DNA of 32,000 nucleotides from Candidatus Saccharimonadota bacterium. GTDB taxonomy: Bacteria > Pseudomonadota > Gammaproteobacteria > Enterobacterales > Enterobacteriaceae. Position numbers and translations under genes: made by a program. Of the stretch, positions 1 to 8,983 are shown in pieces; positions within the stretch are counted from its first letter, which is position 1, and each line of letters begins with the position of its first letter. The DNA lies in assembly GCF_000185985.2 (NCBI RefSeq), contig NC_014909.2:90001-122000 (forward strand), in the 5' to 3' direction. The notes beneath the pieces were generated by a model. It saw only the letters and a list, made by a program, of their open reading frames with translations, did not search any database and was not told where the DNA came from.

Positions 1-1
1 T

Positions 2-88
2 GAAAATAAAGAGGAATTTGATTTTTTTCATGTAAAAACGGTTTATGTTAGAAGTGTGATTGAATGTATTATTAATATAATTACTTAA
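2..88 (+). CDS. 3' end of an unidentified upstream gene (partial, runs off the left edge)
   Basis: Only + frame 2 is open from the window edge: 28 sense codons (ENKEEFDFFHVKTVYVRSVIECIINIIT) then TAA at 86-88. The other two + frames stop within 33 nt. E. coli synteny would place hfq or miaA upstream of hflX. The peptide does not resemble an Hfq C-terminus and is too short to assign. Confidence 0.3.
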   Translation, partial: ENKEEFDFFHVKTVYVRSVIECIINIIT

Positions 89-216
89 AAATAAATATTT
101 TGATCGAATAAGTAAAATTAACTGATGTATAAGTGCAAATATTGTAAATAATAACTTTTGAAAATTGAATTAATAAAATAGTTGAGGTTTTTAGATAAAA
201 TTTGAATTTTTATTAT

Positions 217-225
217 TGATATAAT
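217..225 (+). promoter_or_regulatory. Possible extended -10 promoter element (TGaTATAAT) upstream of hflX
   Basis: TG at 217-218 and TATAAT at 220-225, about 18 nt upstream of the hflX TTG start. No good -35 at 17 nt spacing. TATAAT-like strings are frequent by chance in DNA this AT-rich. Confidence 0.2.
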
Positions 226-242
226 GATGTGGATAGTGCTAT

Positions 243-1529
243 TTGATAACAGTAAATAAAATAAACAAAAATGCTATATTAGTGTATGTAGTACTTTCTA
301 AATCAGAAGATATACCTTGGAATATAAAAGAGTTATTAGATTTAGCATATTCTTCTGACATTCAAGTATTGGATACTTTACTTGTAAAAAATTTAAGAAT
401 AGTTAATTCTAAATATTTTATCAGCAAGGGAAAAATATTAGAGCTTGAATCGAAGATTAAAGAGAATTTAGCATCTGTTGTATTGTTTAGTTGTATTTTA
501 TCCCCCAATCAAGAACGTAACTTAGTTAAGTTATTCGGTTGTAAAGTGATAGACAGAAATCAGCTGATTCTTAATATTTTTGCTGATCGTGCTCGTACGT
601 ACGAAGGTAAATTACAAGTACAATTAGCACAGTTACGTTATTTAAATTCTCGTTTAACTCATGAGTGGAATCATTTAGAGCGTCAAAAAGGAGGAATTGG
701 GGTAAGAGGTGGGCCAGGAGAAATGCAGTTAGAAAATGATCGTCGTTTATTGAGTAAACGTATATTTCGGGTTTTATCGGATTTAAAAAAAATAGAGAAT
801 CAAAGAAAACAAAATAGACGTCATAGAGTAAAGATTGGTATTCCTACTATTTCTTTAGTAGGTTATACTAATGTTGGAAAATCTACTTTATTTAATATTA
901 TGACATCTGCGCACGTTGATACAGCTAAAAAATTATTTGTTACTCTTGATCCGACATTTAGAAGGATTGGGAAAAGAAAGAAGTCAAGCGCTATACTAGT
1001 CGATACAGTAGGTTTTATTCAAAATTTACCGAAAGATTTAATAACTTCTTTTAAATCTACATTACAAGAAACGGTAGAATCAACTTTATTATTACATGTG
1101 GTAGATGTGTCTAGTAACAAAATTAATCAACATATCAAGACAGTGAATGATATTTTAAGAGAAATAAATATTAAAAATATCCCTGTTCTTTTAATTATGA
1201 ATAAAATTGATTTGATAGATAAAATAGAACCTCATATTGATCGTAATTTTGATGGGAGACCGATTCGAGTGTGGTTATCTGCTCATAATAGAGTAGGTAT
1301 AGATTTATTAAATAAAGCTATTGATGAGTTATTGCCTAATAATATGGTTTCTTATAAATTAATGGTACCAATAAATAGTAGTTTATATCAGAAATTATAT
1401 AAATTACAAGCGGTCACTCGATTTTATCATGGTAATGAAAATATGGCGAAATTAAAAGTAGATTTATCTTTTGAGGATTGGAATTATTTAACAAAATGTC
1501 ATGGTTCTTTACATGATTATATTGTGTGA
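243..1529 (+). CDS. hflX: GTPase HflX
   Basis: The 428-aa ORF aligns end to end with E. coli HflX (for example NQERNLVKLFGCKVIDRNQLILNIFADRARTYEGKLQVQLAQLRYL versus [46 protein letters not shown]). G motifs GYTNVGKST, DTVGF and NKID are present. There is no in-frame ATG near the N-terminus, so TTG at 243 is the likely start. Confidence 0.95.
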   Translation: MITVNKINKNAILVYVVLSKSEDIPWNIKELLDLAYSSDIQVLDTLLVKNLRIVNSKYFISKGKILELESKIKENLASVVLFSCILSPNQERNLVKLFGCKVIDRNQLILNIFADRARTYEGKLQVQLAQLRYLNSRLTHEWNHLERQKGGIGVRGGPGEMQLENDRRLLSKRIFRVLSDLKKIENQRKQNRRHRVKIGIPTISLVGYTNVGKSTLFNIMTSAHVDTAKKLFVTLDPTFRRIGKRKKSSAILVDTVGFIQNLPKDLITSFKSTLQETVESTLLLHVVDVSSNKINQHIKTVNDILREINIKNIPVLLIMNKIDLIDKIEPHIDRNFDGRPIRVWLSAHNRVGIDLLNKAIDELLPNNMVSYKLMVPINSSLYQKLYKLQAVTRFYHGNENMAKLKVDLSFEDWNYLTKCHGSLHDYIV

Positions 1530-1578
1530 TCAGTTGTATCAAACAGTATAAATAGTTATTAAATTATTAGGGTGACAA

Positions 1579-2901
1579 ATGATGTGTAATTATTTTTGTG
1601 ATGGTTGTAAATGTATACGTAAATTTTGGTATAATTATATGCACAGTAATTTAATGATTAATTTTTTGATTAAAAATAAAAAAAGATTGAAATTTAATAT
1701 TTTTGATATATTTAAGTATTTAAATAAAATGATTTACACTTCTAATGAGTTTACTACTTATAATAATGATGATAAAGAATTTCCTAAAAATATATCGCCT
1801 TTAGTGATTGTTAGTATTATTGTTATAGTTATTGTTTTATGGGCTATGAGTGGATTTTATACTATTAAAGAAGCAGAAAGGGGAGTAATTTTAAGGTTTG
1901 GAAAATATCATCATTTAGTACAGCCTGGGTTAAACTGGAGGCCTAGTTTAATAGATTATGTCATACCTGTCAATGTTGAATCAGTGCGTGAATTAGCGGC
2001 ATCTGGCATGATGCTAACTTCTGATGAAAATGTAGTTAGAGTGGAGATGAATGTTCAATATAAAGTAACTGATCCTAAAAATTATTTATTTAGTGTAACT
2101 AATGCAGATGATAGTTTACGTCAAGCTACTGATAGTGCATTACGTGGAGTGATTGGTAAATATAACATGGATCGAATTTTGACAGAAGGGCGTACAGTAG
2201 TTCGAAGTGATACTAGAAGAATTTTAGAAAAAACAATACACCCATATAATATGGGGATTAGTTTATTAGATGTAAATTTTCAGACTGCTCGCCCTCCAGA
2301 AGAGGTAAAAGCTGCATTTGATGATGCTATTGCAGCTAGAGAAAATGAGCAACAGTATATTCGTGAGGCTGAAGCTTATGCTAATGAGATACAACCTAAA
2401 GCTAATGGTCAAGCTCAGCGTATTTTAGAAGAAGGTCGCGCATATAAGGCTAAAACAATTTTAGAAGCTCAAGGAGAAGTGCAAAGATTTTTAAAAATTT
2501 TACCGGAGTATAAAGCGGCTCCTGAAATTACTAGAGAGAGATTATATATAAATTCTATGGAGCGTATATTAAGCAATACTAGAAAGATTTTTATTGATAC
2601 AAAGAATACTAGTAATGTATTATTGTTTACTTCTGATCAAATAAATTTAAATAATCATGGTAAGAAAGGTGGTAGTGATTTAGAAAAAAATTTTAATTCA
2701 ATAAAACAATCTAGTAAAAACAGATCTAGTATTAATATGAAAAAAAATTGTTCAGAGTTTAATTCTGAACATAACTTACCTCTTTATTTTAATTATATTG
2801 ACAATAATTTTGCTGAAAAACAACTATTGGGTAAACGTCAATTAAATGTAGCAGAATGTGTTAATGTTATTAGGCCAGGAGCACAAGGAGTGGAATTGTA
2901 A
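1579..2901 (+). CDS. hflK: FtsH protease modulator HflK (SPFH/band-7 family)
   Basis: Long near-identical runs to E. coli HflK: SGFYTIKEAERGV, LTSDENVVRVEMNVQY, ARPPEEVKAAFDDAIAARENEQQYIREAEAY, EYKAAPEITRERLYI. One TM helix lies before the SPFH domain. The N- and C-terminal tails are diverged and N/K-rich. GGGTGA lies just upstream of ATG 1579, but several downstream Met codons are alternative starts. Confidence 0.93.
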   Translation: MMCNYFCDGCKCIRKFWYNYMHSNLMINFLIKNKKRLKFNIFDIFKYLNKMIYTSNEFTTYNNDDKEFPKNISPLVIVSIIVIVIVLWAMSGFYTIKEAERGVILRFGKYHHLVQPGLNWRPSLIDYVIPVNVESVRELAASGMMLTSDENVVRVEMNVQYKVTDPKNYLFSVTNADDSLRQATDSALRGVIGKYNMDRILTEGRTVVRSDTRRILEKTIHPYNMGISLLDVNFQTARPPEEVKAAFDDAIAARENEQQYIREAEAYANEIQPKANGQAQRILEEGRAYKAKTILEAQGEVQRFLKILPEYKAAPEITRERLYINSMERILSNTRKIFIDTKNTSNVLLFTSDQINLNNHGKKGGSDLEKNFNSIKQSSKNRSSINMKKNCSEFNSEHNLPLYFNYIDNNFAEKQLLGKRQLNVAECVNVIRPGAQGVEL

Positions 2902-2902
2902 A

Positions 2903-3916
2903 ATGATACGAAATTTATTGTTATGTATTGCAATATGTACCTCGATGATATTATGTTTTTCGTTATTTACTGTCCAAGAAGGACATCGAGGCATTATTTT
3001 GCGTTTTGGGAAGGTATTACGGGATGAACATAAAAATCCGTTGATTTATTATCCTGGTTTGCATATTAGAATTCCTGTAATAGAAGCAGTAAAAATTTTT
3101 GATTCTCGAATTCAAACTATGAATAATCAAGCCGATCGTTTTGTTACTATGGAAAAAAAGGATTTGATTATTGATTCATATATTAAATGGCGTATTAGTG
3201 ATTTGGGTCGTTATTATTTAGCTACGGGAGGAGGAGATGTTGCTCAAGCTGAAGTTTTAATTAAACGAAAATTTTCAGATAGATTACGATCTGAGTTAGG
3301 TAAGTTAAAAGTACAGGGTATTGTGACTGATTCTCGTAATCGATTAATGACAGATGTACGTTTATCATTAAATTATGGAACTGATGGAGAAGAGATGAGT
3401 GAATCTTTGTCAAGTGATGAATTATATTCGGGTATGTATAATATGTCACAAATGAAATATCGGAATAATTCTGATGAATATATGAATATAAATAGTATGA
3501 CTGCTTTGGGGATTGAGATAGTTGATGTTCGGATTAAACAAATTAATTTACCGACAGAGGTATCTGATGCTATTTATCAGCGTATGCGTGCAGAACGGGA
3601 TGCGGTAGCTCGTCGGCATCGTTCACAGGGACGGGAGGAATCAGAAAAATTAAGGGCAACGGCAGATTATGAAGCGACTCGAACTTTAGCAGAAGCTAAG
3701 CGTCAAGCTCTTATTATTAGGGGGGAAGCTGATGCTGAAACTGCTAAATTATATGCTAGAACTTTTAACGAAGATCCAAATTTTTATTCGTTAGTACGTA
3801 CTTTAAAGGCTTATGAAAATAGTTTTAAAAGAAATAACAACGATCTCATGATTTTAAGCTCTGATTCTGATTTTTTACGATTAATGAGATCATCAAAAAA
3901 TATATCTATACGATAA
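2903..3916 (+). CDS. hflC: FtsH protease modulator HflC
   Basis: The ORF-track start (2858) is trimmed to ATG 2903, which has AGGAG at 2886-2890 and sits 1 nt after the hflK TAA at 2899-2901. This gives MIRNLLL..., parallel to E. coli MRKSVIA.... Matches include TVQEGHRGIILRFGKVLRD, DSYIKWRISD, RYYLATGGGD, KQINLPTEVS and RMRAERDAVARRHRSQG. Confidence 0.95.
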   Translation: MIRNLLLCIAICTSMILCFSLFTVQEGHRGIILRFGKVLRDEHKNPLIYYPGLHIRIPVIEAVKIFDSRIQTMNNQADRFVTMEKKDLIIDSYIKWRISDLGRYYLATGGGDVAQAEVLIKRKFSDRLRSELGKLKVQGIVTDSRNRLMTDVRLSLNYGTDGEEMSESLSSDELYSGMYNMSQMKYRNNSDEYMNINSMTALGIEIVDVRIKQINLPTEVSDAIYQRMRAERDAVARRHRSQGREESEKLRATADYEATRTLAEAKRQALIIRGEADAETAKLYARTFNEDPNFYSLVRTLKAYENSFKRNNNDLMILSSDSDFLRLMRSSKNISIR

Positions 3917-4075
3917 TAGATTTATTATTCTATTCTTGTAGAATAAAAGAATAAATAGCACAAAGTAGAGAGAAATCAATCTAAATAAGATTATGTAATA
4001 AGTTATTATAGCGGAATTTTATTTTGTTTTGTAAATCACAATTATTATTAATAATGGCATATAAGAAGATATAGA

Positions 4076-5410
4076 ATGGCACAAAATATTGTTGTATTAG
4101 GTACGCAGTGGGGAGATGAGGGTAAAGGGAAAATAGTAGATTTGTTAACTCCAGAAGCGCGATATGTGGTACGTTATCAAGGTGGGCATAATGCTGGACA
4201 TACCATTATGATAAATCAAAAAACAATAACTTTGCATATTATTCCTTCTGGGATATTACATGAGGATGTGATTAATGTTATTGCTGGAGGTGTAGTATTG
4301 TCGCCTATTTCTTTTATAAAAGAAATAGAAAAATTAAAAGAATTAAATGTGTATGTAAATGAGCGTATATTTATTTCAGAGTCTTGCGCATTAGTGTTGC
4401 CTTATCATGTAGCAATGGATTTGTTAAGAGAAAAAAAAATATCCAGTCATATTACTACAATGCATACGTCGACTATTGAAAATTTAATAATTGGAACTAC
4501 TGGATGCGGCATTGGTCCTGCTTATGAAGATAAAGCAGCGCGTAGGTCATTACGTGTAAGCGATTTATATAATAGTGTAAGTTTTGAAAATAAATTAAAA
4601 CATGTTGCAGATTATTATAACTTCCAGTTAGAGAAATATTATCAGGTAGAACCTATTGATTATAAAGTTGTTTTAGATGAAATTATGTCAGTGTCTGATT
4701 CTTTAATTAATATGATTACGGATGTGCCAGAATTATTAGTAAATGCACGCAAAGAAGGGGAAAATGTTATTTTTGAAGGAGCTCAAGGGAGTTTATTAGA
4801 TTTAAATTATGGAACTTATCCATATGTAACTTCTACTAATACTATCGCGGGAAGTGTAACGGTGGGAGTAGGAGTGGGTCCAAATTATATCGATAATGTT
4901 ATAGGGGTTATAAAGTCTTATTCTACTAGAGTGGGATATGGGCCATTTCCTACTGAATTAGTAGATAATATAGGAGAGAGGTTGTGTGTGAATGGTAAGG
5001 AATTTGGCTCTACTACTGGAAGGCGTCGTCGTACTGGGTGGTTCGATGCGGTATTAGTTCGGTATGCTATTAAGATTAGCTCTATCACGTTTGGTTGTTT
5101 GACTAAAATAGACGTATTAGACGGGTTAGAAAAAATTAAAATTTGTGTTGCGTATCAATATCCTGATGGAGAGCTAACATATAATTTTCCATCTACTTTA
5201 GAAAAAATTGAAAATGTAACTCCAGTGTACGAAAGTTTATCTGGGTGGGCTAATGGGGCTGTATCTGGTATTAAACAATTTGATCAACTTCCAATAGAAG
5301 CTAAAAATTATGTTAAACGTATTGAAGAAATAATAGGAATATCAATCAATATTATTTCAACTGGATCAGATAGATCCATGAATATAATTTTAAAAAATCC
5401 ATGGGATTAA
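4076..5410 (+). CDS. purA: Adenylosuccinate synthetase
   Basis: MAQNIVVLGTQWGDEGKGKIVDLLT, VVRYQGGHNAGHT, FEGAQGSLLD, GTYPYVTS, FGSTTGRRRRTGW and LTKIDVLDGL match E. coli PurA. The protein is 444 aa versus 432 aa because of an insertion at aa 121-138 (see findings). Confidence 0.96.
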   Translation: MAQNIVVLGTQWGDEGKGKIVDLLTPEARYVVRYQGGHNAGHTIMINQKTITLHIIPSGILHEDVINVIAGGVVLSPISFIKEIEKLKELNVYVNERIFISESCALVLPYHVAMDLLREKKISSHITTMHTSTIENLIIGTTGCGIGPAYEDKAARRSLRVSDLYNSVSFENKLKHVADYYNFQLEKYYQVEPIDYKVVLDEIMSVSDSLINMITDVPELLVNARKEGENVIFEGAQGSLLDLNYGTYPYVTSTNTIAGSVTVGVGVGPNYIDNVIGVIKSYSTRVGYGPFPTELVDNIGERLCVNGKEFGSTTGRRRRTGWFDAVLVRYAIKISSITFGCLTKIDVLDGLEKIKICVAYQYPDGELTYNFPSTLEKIENVTPVYESLSGWANGAVSGIKQFDQLPIEAKNYVKRIEEIIGISINIISTGSDRSMNIILKNPWD

Positions 5411-5422
5411 AATATGTGGTCA

Positions 5423-5452
5423 TGAATACATCTATTTAATCGGATGTATTCA
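5423..5452 (+). terminator. Hairpin 13 nt downstream of purA (possible terminator, no U-tract)
   Basis: TGAATACATC (5423-5432) and GATGTATTCA (5443-5452) form a perfect 10-bp inverted repeat with a 10-nt loop. It is followed by cgatattt, not a clean T-run. Confidence 0.35.
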
Positions 5453-5651
5453 CGATATTTAAGTATGCAAGTAAAAGTATAAAGAAAAGTGACAGCACAT
5501 ATTATTGTAGTTATTGGTTTGTAGTTTTAATATGATGAAGTAAAGGTTATATCGATTATATGTATTACATATTTCATTAAAAAGATGAAGATACTAATAT
5601 TTTTAGTGTGATTTTTTTAAAATTAATTTTTGTTTAATGATGATAGTGAAA

Positions 5652-6398
5652 ATGAGTGAATTAGTATATGGAATACATGCGGTTCAATCAATTTTAGATA
5701 AAAATCCGTCTAATATACTTAGAATATATATTCTTGATAAATCAAGAAATTCTAAATTGGAGTTTTTGTTTAATCAAGGTGTTATCTTAAAAATTAAGAT
5801 ACAGGAGAAGACTCGTCGATGGTTGAATATTAAATCATCAGGGTCGTTGCATCAAGGCATTATAGCTGAAGTTAATAAAGTAATGTGTTTAAAAGAAAGT
5901 GATTTGTTACAGTTAATACAATGTTATAATAAGGTTCCTTTTTTATTAATATTAGATGGGATAACTGATCCTCATAATTTAGGAGCCTGTTTAAGATCTG
6001 CAGATGCAGCTGGGGTGCATATGGTAATAGCTCCACGTAATCGTTCGGCTTCTATTAATAGTACTGTAAGAAAAGTGTCTAGTGGTTCTGCAGATCATGT
6101 TGCTTTTTTAAGGGTAACAAATTTATTGAGAATTTTAAAATTACTTCAAAAATATGATATTTGGATTGTAGGAACAGTAGAAAAATCTGATAGAGAAATT
6201 TTTGATGCTAAATTAGTTGGCCCCTTGGCTTTAGTTATGGGGTCTGAAGGTTATGGAATGCGTCGCGTAACCAAGGAAAATTGCAATGAAATTATTAGTA
6301 TTCCTATGTGTGGATTTACGTCATCTTTAAATGTATCTGTAGCTACAGGAATATGTTTATTTGAAGCGTTAAGACAACGTCGTAACTATTGTAGATAA
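5652..6398 (+). CDS. rlmB: 23S rRNA (guanosine-2'-O)-methyltransferase RlmB (SpoU/TrmH family)
   Basis: The ORF-track start 5637 is trimmed to ATG 5652, giving MSELVYGIHAVQSIL versus E. coli MSEMIYGIHAVQALL. LLILDGITDPHNLGACLRSADAAGVH, IWIVGT, LALVMGSEGYGMRR, ISIPM and SSLNVSVATGICLFEA are conserved. Confidence 0.94.
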   Translation: MSELVYGIHAVQSILDKNPSNILRIYILDKSRNSKLEFLFNQGVILKIKIQEKTRRWLNIKSSGSLHQGIIAEVNKVMCLKESDLLQLIQCYNKVPFLLILDGITDPHNLGACLRSADAAGVHMVIAPRNRSASINSTVRKVSSGSADHVAFLRVTNLLRILKLLQKYDIWIVGTVEKSDREIFDAKLVGPLALVMGSEGYGMRRVTKENCNEIISIPMCGFTSSLNVSVATGICLFEALRQRRNYCR

Positions 6399-6636
6399 TT
6401 CATTTTATCTCTTTTGATTTTTGAGGTAATTATAGTGTGTAAAAGTAAAGTATATTGGGTATTGTCGAGAAATATTATATATAATGAATAAGTTATTTGT
6501 ATTTGTTGTATAGAGATGTTGTTTGTTTGTGCACTCTGTAGCTCATCACAATGAGAGTGTATATGATGAAAAAAATATACAAGGATGTTTTAAAAGATAA
6601 AATAGAAATAAATTTGTTTAATAAAGGAAAATATTC

Positions 6637-7005
6637 ATGCGTCATTATGAAATAGTTTTGATAATACATCCCAATTTTGGTGGTAAGATTGTTAATATAA
6701 TTAATAATTATACTGAGATTATTATCAGTTCCGGAGGAAAGGTGCATCGAGTAGAAAATTGGGGGGACCGGCAATTAGCGTATTCAATAAAAAAATTAAG
6801 TAAAGCTTACTATGTTTTAATGAACATAGAAGTTTCTTTGAATGTTATTAATGAATTAAGTAATGATTTTCGATTTAATGAAGTTATTTTAAGGAATATA
6901 ATAATGAAAACTAAAGATGCGAAAATTGATCCGTCTCCTATGATGAATAAAAAAGAAGATAGTAATAAGAATTGCAATGTTGATGAAATATATAAAACAA
7001 ATTGA
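6637..7005 (+). CDS. rpsF: 30S ribosomal protein S6
   Basis: MRHYEIVLIIHP..., ENWGDRQLAYSIKKLSKAYYVLMNIE and FRFNEVILRNIIM match E. coli S6. AAGGA lies 9 nt upstream of the ATG. The acidic C-terminal tail is replaced by a K/N-rich tail. Confidence 0.95.
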   Translation: MRHYEIVLIIHPNFGGKIVNIINNYTEIIISSGGKVHRVENWGDRQLAYSIKKLSKAYYVLMNIEVSLNVINELSNDFRFNEVILRNIIMKTKDAKIDPSPMMNKKEDSNKNCNVDEIYKTN

Positions 7006-7072
7006 GTTTAGTTTTTTGTAGTAAATAAGTTTGATATGAATTACATACAATATGTTAATACATGGAGTGAAT

Positions 7073-7303
7073 ATGATTCTTCGTTATATACGTCATCGGA
7101 AGTTTTGTCGGTTTACGGCAGAAAAATGTACTGAAGTTGATTATAAGGATTTAGTTAAAATACAAAGTTCTATAATAGAAAATGGTAAGATAATTCCTAG
7201 TAGGATTACTGGAACACGATCTAAATATCAACGACAACTAGCTCGAGCTATTAAAATAGCTCGTTATTTGTCTTTGTTACCATATACTGACAAACATCAA
7301 TAA
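7073..7303 (+). CDS. rpsR: 30S ribosomal protein S18
   Basis: The ORF-track start 7052 is trimmed to ATG 7073 (GGAG at 7063-7066). [17 protein letters not shown]...[39 protein letters not shown] matches E. coli S18 [16 protein letters not shown]...LLPYTDRHQ. Confidence 0.95.
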   Translation: MILRYIRHRKFCRFTAEKCTEVDYKDLVKIQSSIIENGKIIPSRITGTRSKYQRQLARAIKIARYLSLLPYTDKHQ

Positions 7304-7364
7304 TTATTACATAGAGTAATTAAAATTTAAAATAGTCTGTGTGTGAAGGATTGAGGAATATATA

Positions 7365-7862
7365 ATGAAGGTTATTTTATTAAATAGTATAAAAAAATTA
7401 GGTTTAGCTGGAGATGAAGTAGTTGTAAGATCGGGATATGCCAGAAATTTTTTGATTCCACAATCTAAAGCGATTTTATCTACTAAGGAAAACATCGAGT
7501 GTTTTAAGAAAAAGAAGTTAATGTTTGAAAATCAATTTCTTAAAAAAAAATTAGAAGCTGAATCTTGTGCAGAAATGATAAGTAAATTAGGTAGTATCAC
7601 GATTACAGCTAAATCCAGTATTCAAGGAAAACTTTTTGGTTCAATAGGTCCAAAGGATATTGCTAAAGTGATTTCAGAATTAGTGGGGGTTAAAATTTAT
7701 AAATCTCAAATTCGATTACCTGATCGTAATCCATTAAAATTTATAGGTAATTATAATATTAATATTCATATATATAATAAGATAAGTGTTACTTTGGAAG
7801 TGAAAATAATTAATTTACCATTATGTAAAAAAGATAATAATGAGTATGATGATAAAAAATAA
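7365..7862 (+). CDS. rplI: 50S ribosomal protein L9
   Basis: MKVILLNSIKKLGLAGDEVVVRSGYARNFLIPQSKA and GKLFGSIGPKDIA match E. coli L9. GAGGA lies 8 nt upstream. It has about 16 extra C-terminal residues relative to E. coli. Confidence 0.94.
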   Translation: MKVILLNSIKKLGLAGDEVVVRSGYARNFLIPQSKAILSTKENIECFKKKKLMFENQFLKKKLEAESCAEMISKLGSITITAKSSIQGKLFGSIGPKDIAKVISELVGVKIYKSQIRLPDRNPLKFIGNYNINIHIYNKISVTLEVKIINLPLCKKDNNEYDDKK

Positions 7863-7869
7863 TAACAGC

Positions 7870-8652
7870 ATGATTGATCAAATCAGTTATATTGCTCGTA
7901 TAGCTGGATCAGAAATAATGAAAGTTTATTCTATAACTGATCGCATGAAGATAAATGTAAGAAAAAAAATAGATCAATCTTTTGTGACTAATGCCGATTT
8001 GTTTTCGAATCAAATAATTGTATCTTTTTTACAAAAATTAACTCCTAACATACCTATTATATCAGAAGAAAATCTGCCTGAATGGGAAGAGTGTAAAAAA
8101 TGGAATTGTTTTTGGTTAGTTGATCCGTTAGATGGAACTAAAGAGTTTTTATCTCGAAATGGAGAGTTTACTGTAAATATTGCGTTTGTAGAATATGGAG
8201 AACCTGTGATGGGAGTGGTGTATGTACCAGTATATAACATATTGTATGCAGCAAGTAATAATAGAGCTTGGAAAGTCAATTCCATAGGACAACTAAAGTT
8301 ATTGAATGTTATTTCAAATAAATTAAAAATTTATAAGAATCCTATTATAGTTATGAGTAGGAGCAAAATTACTGATTATCAACAAAAACTTTTAGACAAT
8401 TATGTGATAAATATAAATAACTATAAGATTATTAATATTGGTTCATCTTTTAAATTTTGTTTAATTGCTGAAGGAATTGCTCAGTTTTATCCCAGATTTT
8501 CTTATACTAAAATTTGGGATACCGCTGCAGGGCATGCTGTGGCTAAATCCGCAGGAGCTTTTATTAATGACTGGAATGGCTATCCTTTAAATTATAAATA
8601 TATTAACGAATATTTTTTAAATCCTGGATTTCAAGTATCATTATATTTATAG
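7870..8652 (+). CDS. cysQ: 3'(2'),5'-bisphosphate nucleotidase CysQ
   Basis: From ATG 7870, [20 protein letters not shown] parallels E. coli [63 protein letters not shown] and LNPGF are conserved. The ORF track extends to 7840 and overlaps rplI; that start cannot be excluded. Confidence 0.92.
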   Translation: [260 protein letters not shown]

Positions 8653-8811
8653 TAATTATATTGAAAGCTTGTCAAGACTATTTTTATATTTATGAATGTA
8701 TACAAAAGTGAAAGTTATTTTATAGAAATATTCCTGAATCGATTTGAATAACTATTTTTACATATAAGATGTAAATATACAAATATCAGACTGGATGTCT
8801 TAAATAATATG

Positions 8812-8840
8812 GCCCATATATGATATGGGTAAATTTTTTT
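8812..8840 (+). terminator. Rho-independent-terminator-like hairpin plus T-run in the cysQ-tamA spacer
   Basis: CCCATAT (8813-8819), loop ATG, ATATGGG (8823-8829): a perfect 7-bp stem, with a possible G8812-T8830 wobble pair extending it. It is followed by aaaTTTTTTT (T7 at 8834-8840) and lies about 160 nt downstream of the cysQ stop. Confidence 0.45.
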
Positions 8841-8983
8841 AGCTGTTATATACAATAGGATATAACATATTTATGGTATATTTTTTATAGTGTATCCTTA
8901 TGTACGAATGATGAATATTGATTTGAATAATAATTATTAACACTAAAAGTAAAATTTTAGTATTGTGATGTCCATCATATACA

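Noticed and set aside
1579-1650. Cys-rich HflK N-terminus (MMCNYFCDGCKCIRKF) as a possible zinc-binding motif
   Set aside because: The region corresponds to the poorly conserved cytoplasmic tail of HflK, the true start codon is uncertain, and TGT codons are favoured by AT bias. A short CxxxCxxCxC string alone is not evidence of a metal site.
2858-2902. N-terminal extensions of ORF-track entries: hflC 2858, rlmB 5637, rpsR 7052, cysQ 7840, rlmE 19646, folP 22354, glmM 23258, secG 24719
   Set aside because: Alignment to the E. coli N-termini and the positions of Shine-Dalgarno-like sequences favour the internal ATGs. The extensions overlap upstream genes or consist of low-complexity sequence.
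6530-6561. Hairpin (CACTCT...AGAGTG, an 8-bp stem counting T-A and G-T closing pairs, 16-nt loop) about 80 nt upstream of rpsF, considered as the S6:S18 autoregulatory leader
   Set aside because: I cannot match it from memory to the conserved features of the published rpsF leader motif, and its distance from the start codon is not obviously right. A covariance-model search (Rfam) would be needed.
6493-6774. 93-aa minus-strand ORF spanning the rpsF promoter region and 5' end, and a 62-aa ORF at 7307-7495 antisense to the rplI start
   Set aside because: Both overlap the conserved rpsF and rplI coding sequence in antisense and have no similarity to anything I recognise, so they are shadow ORFs.
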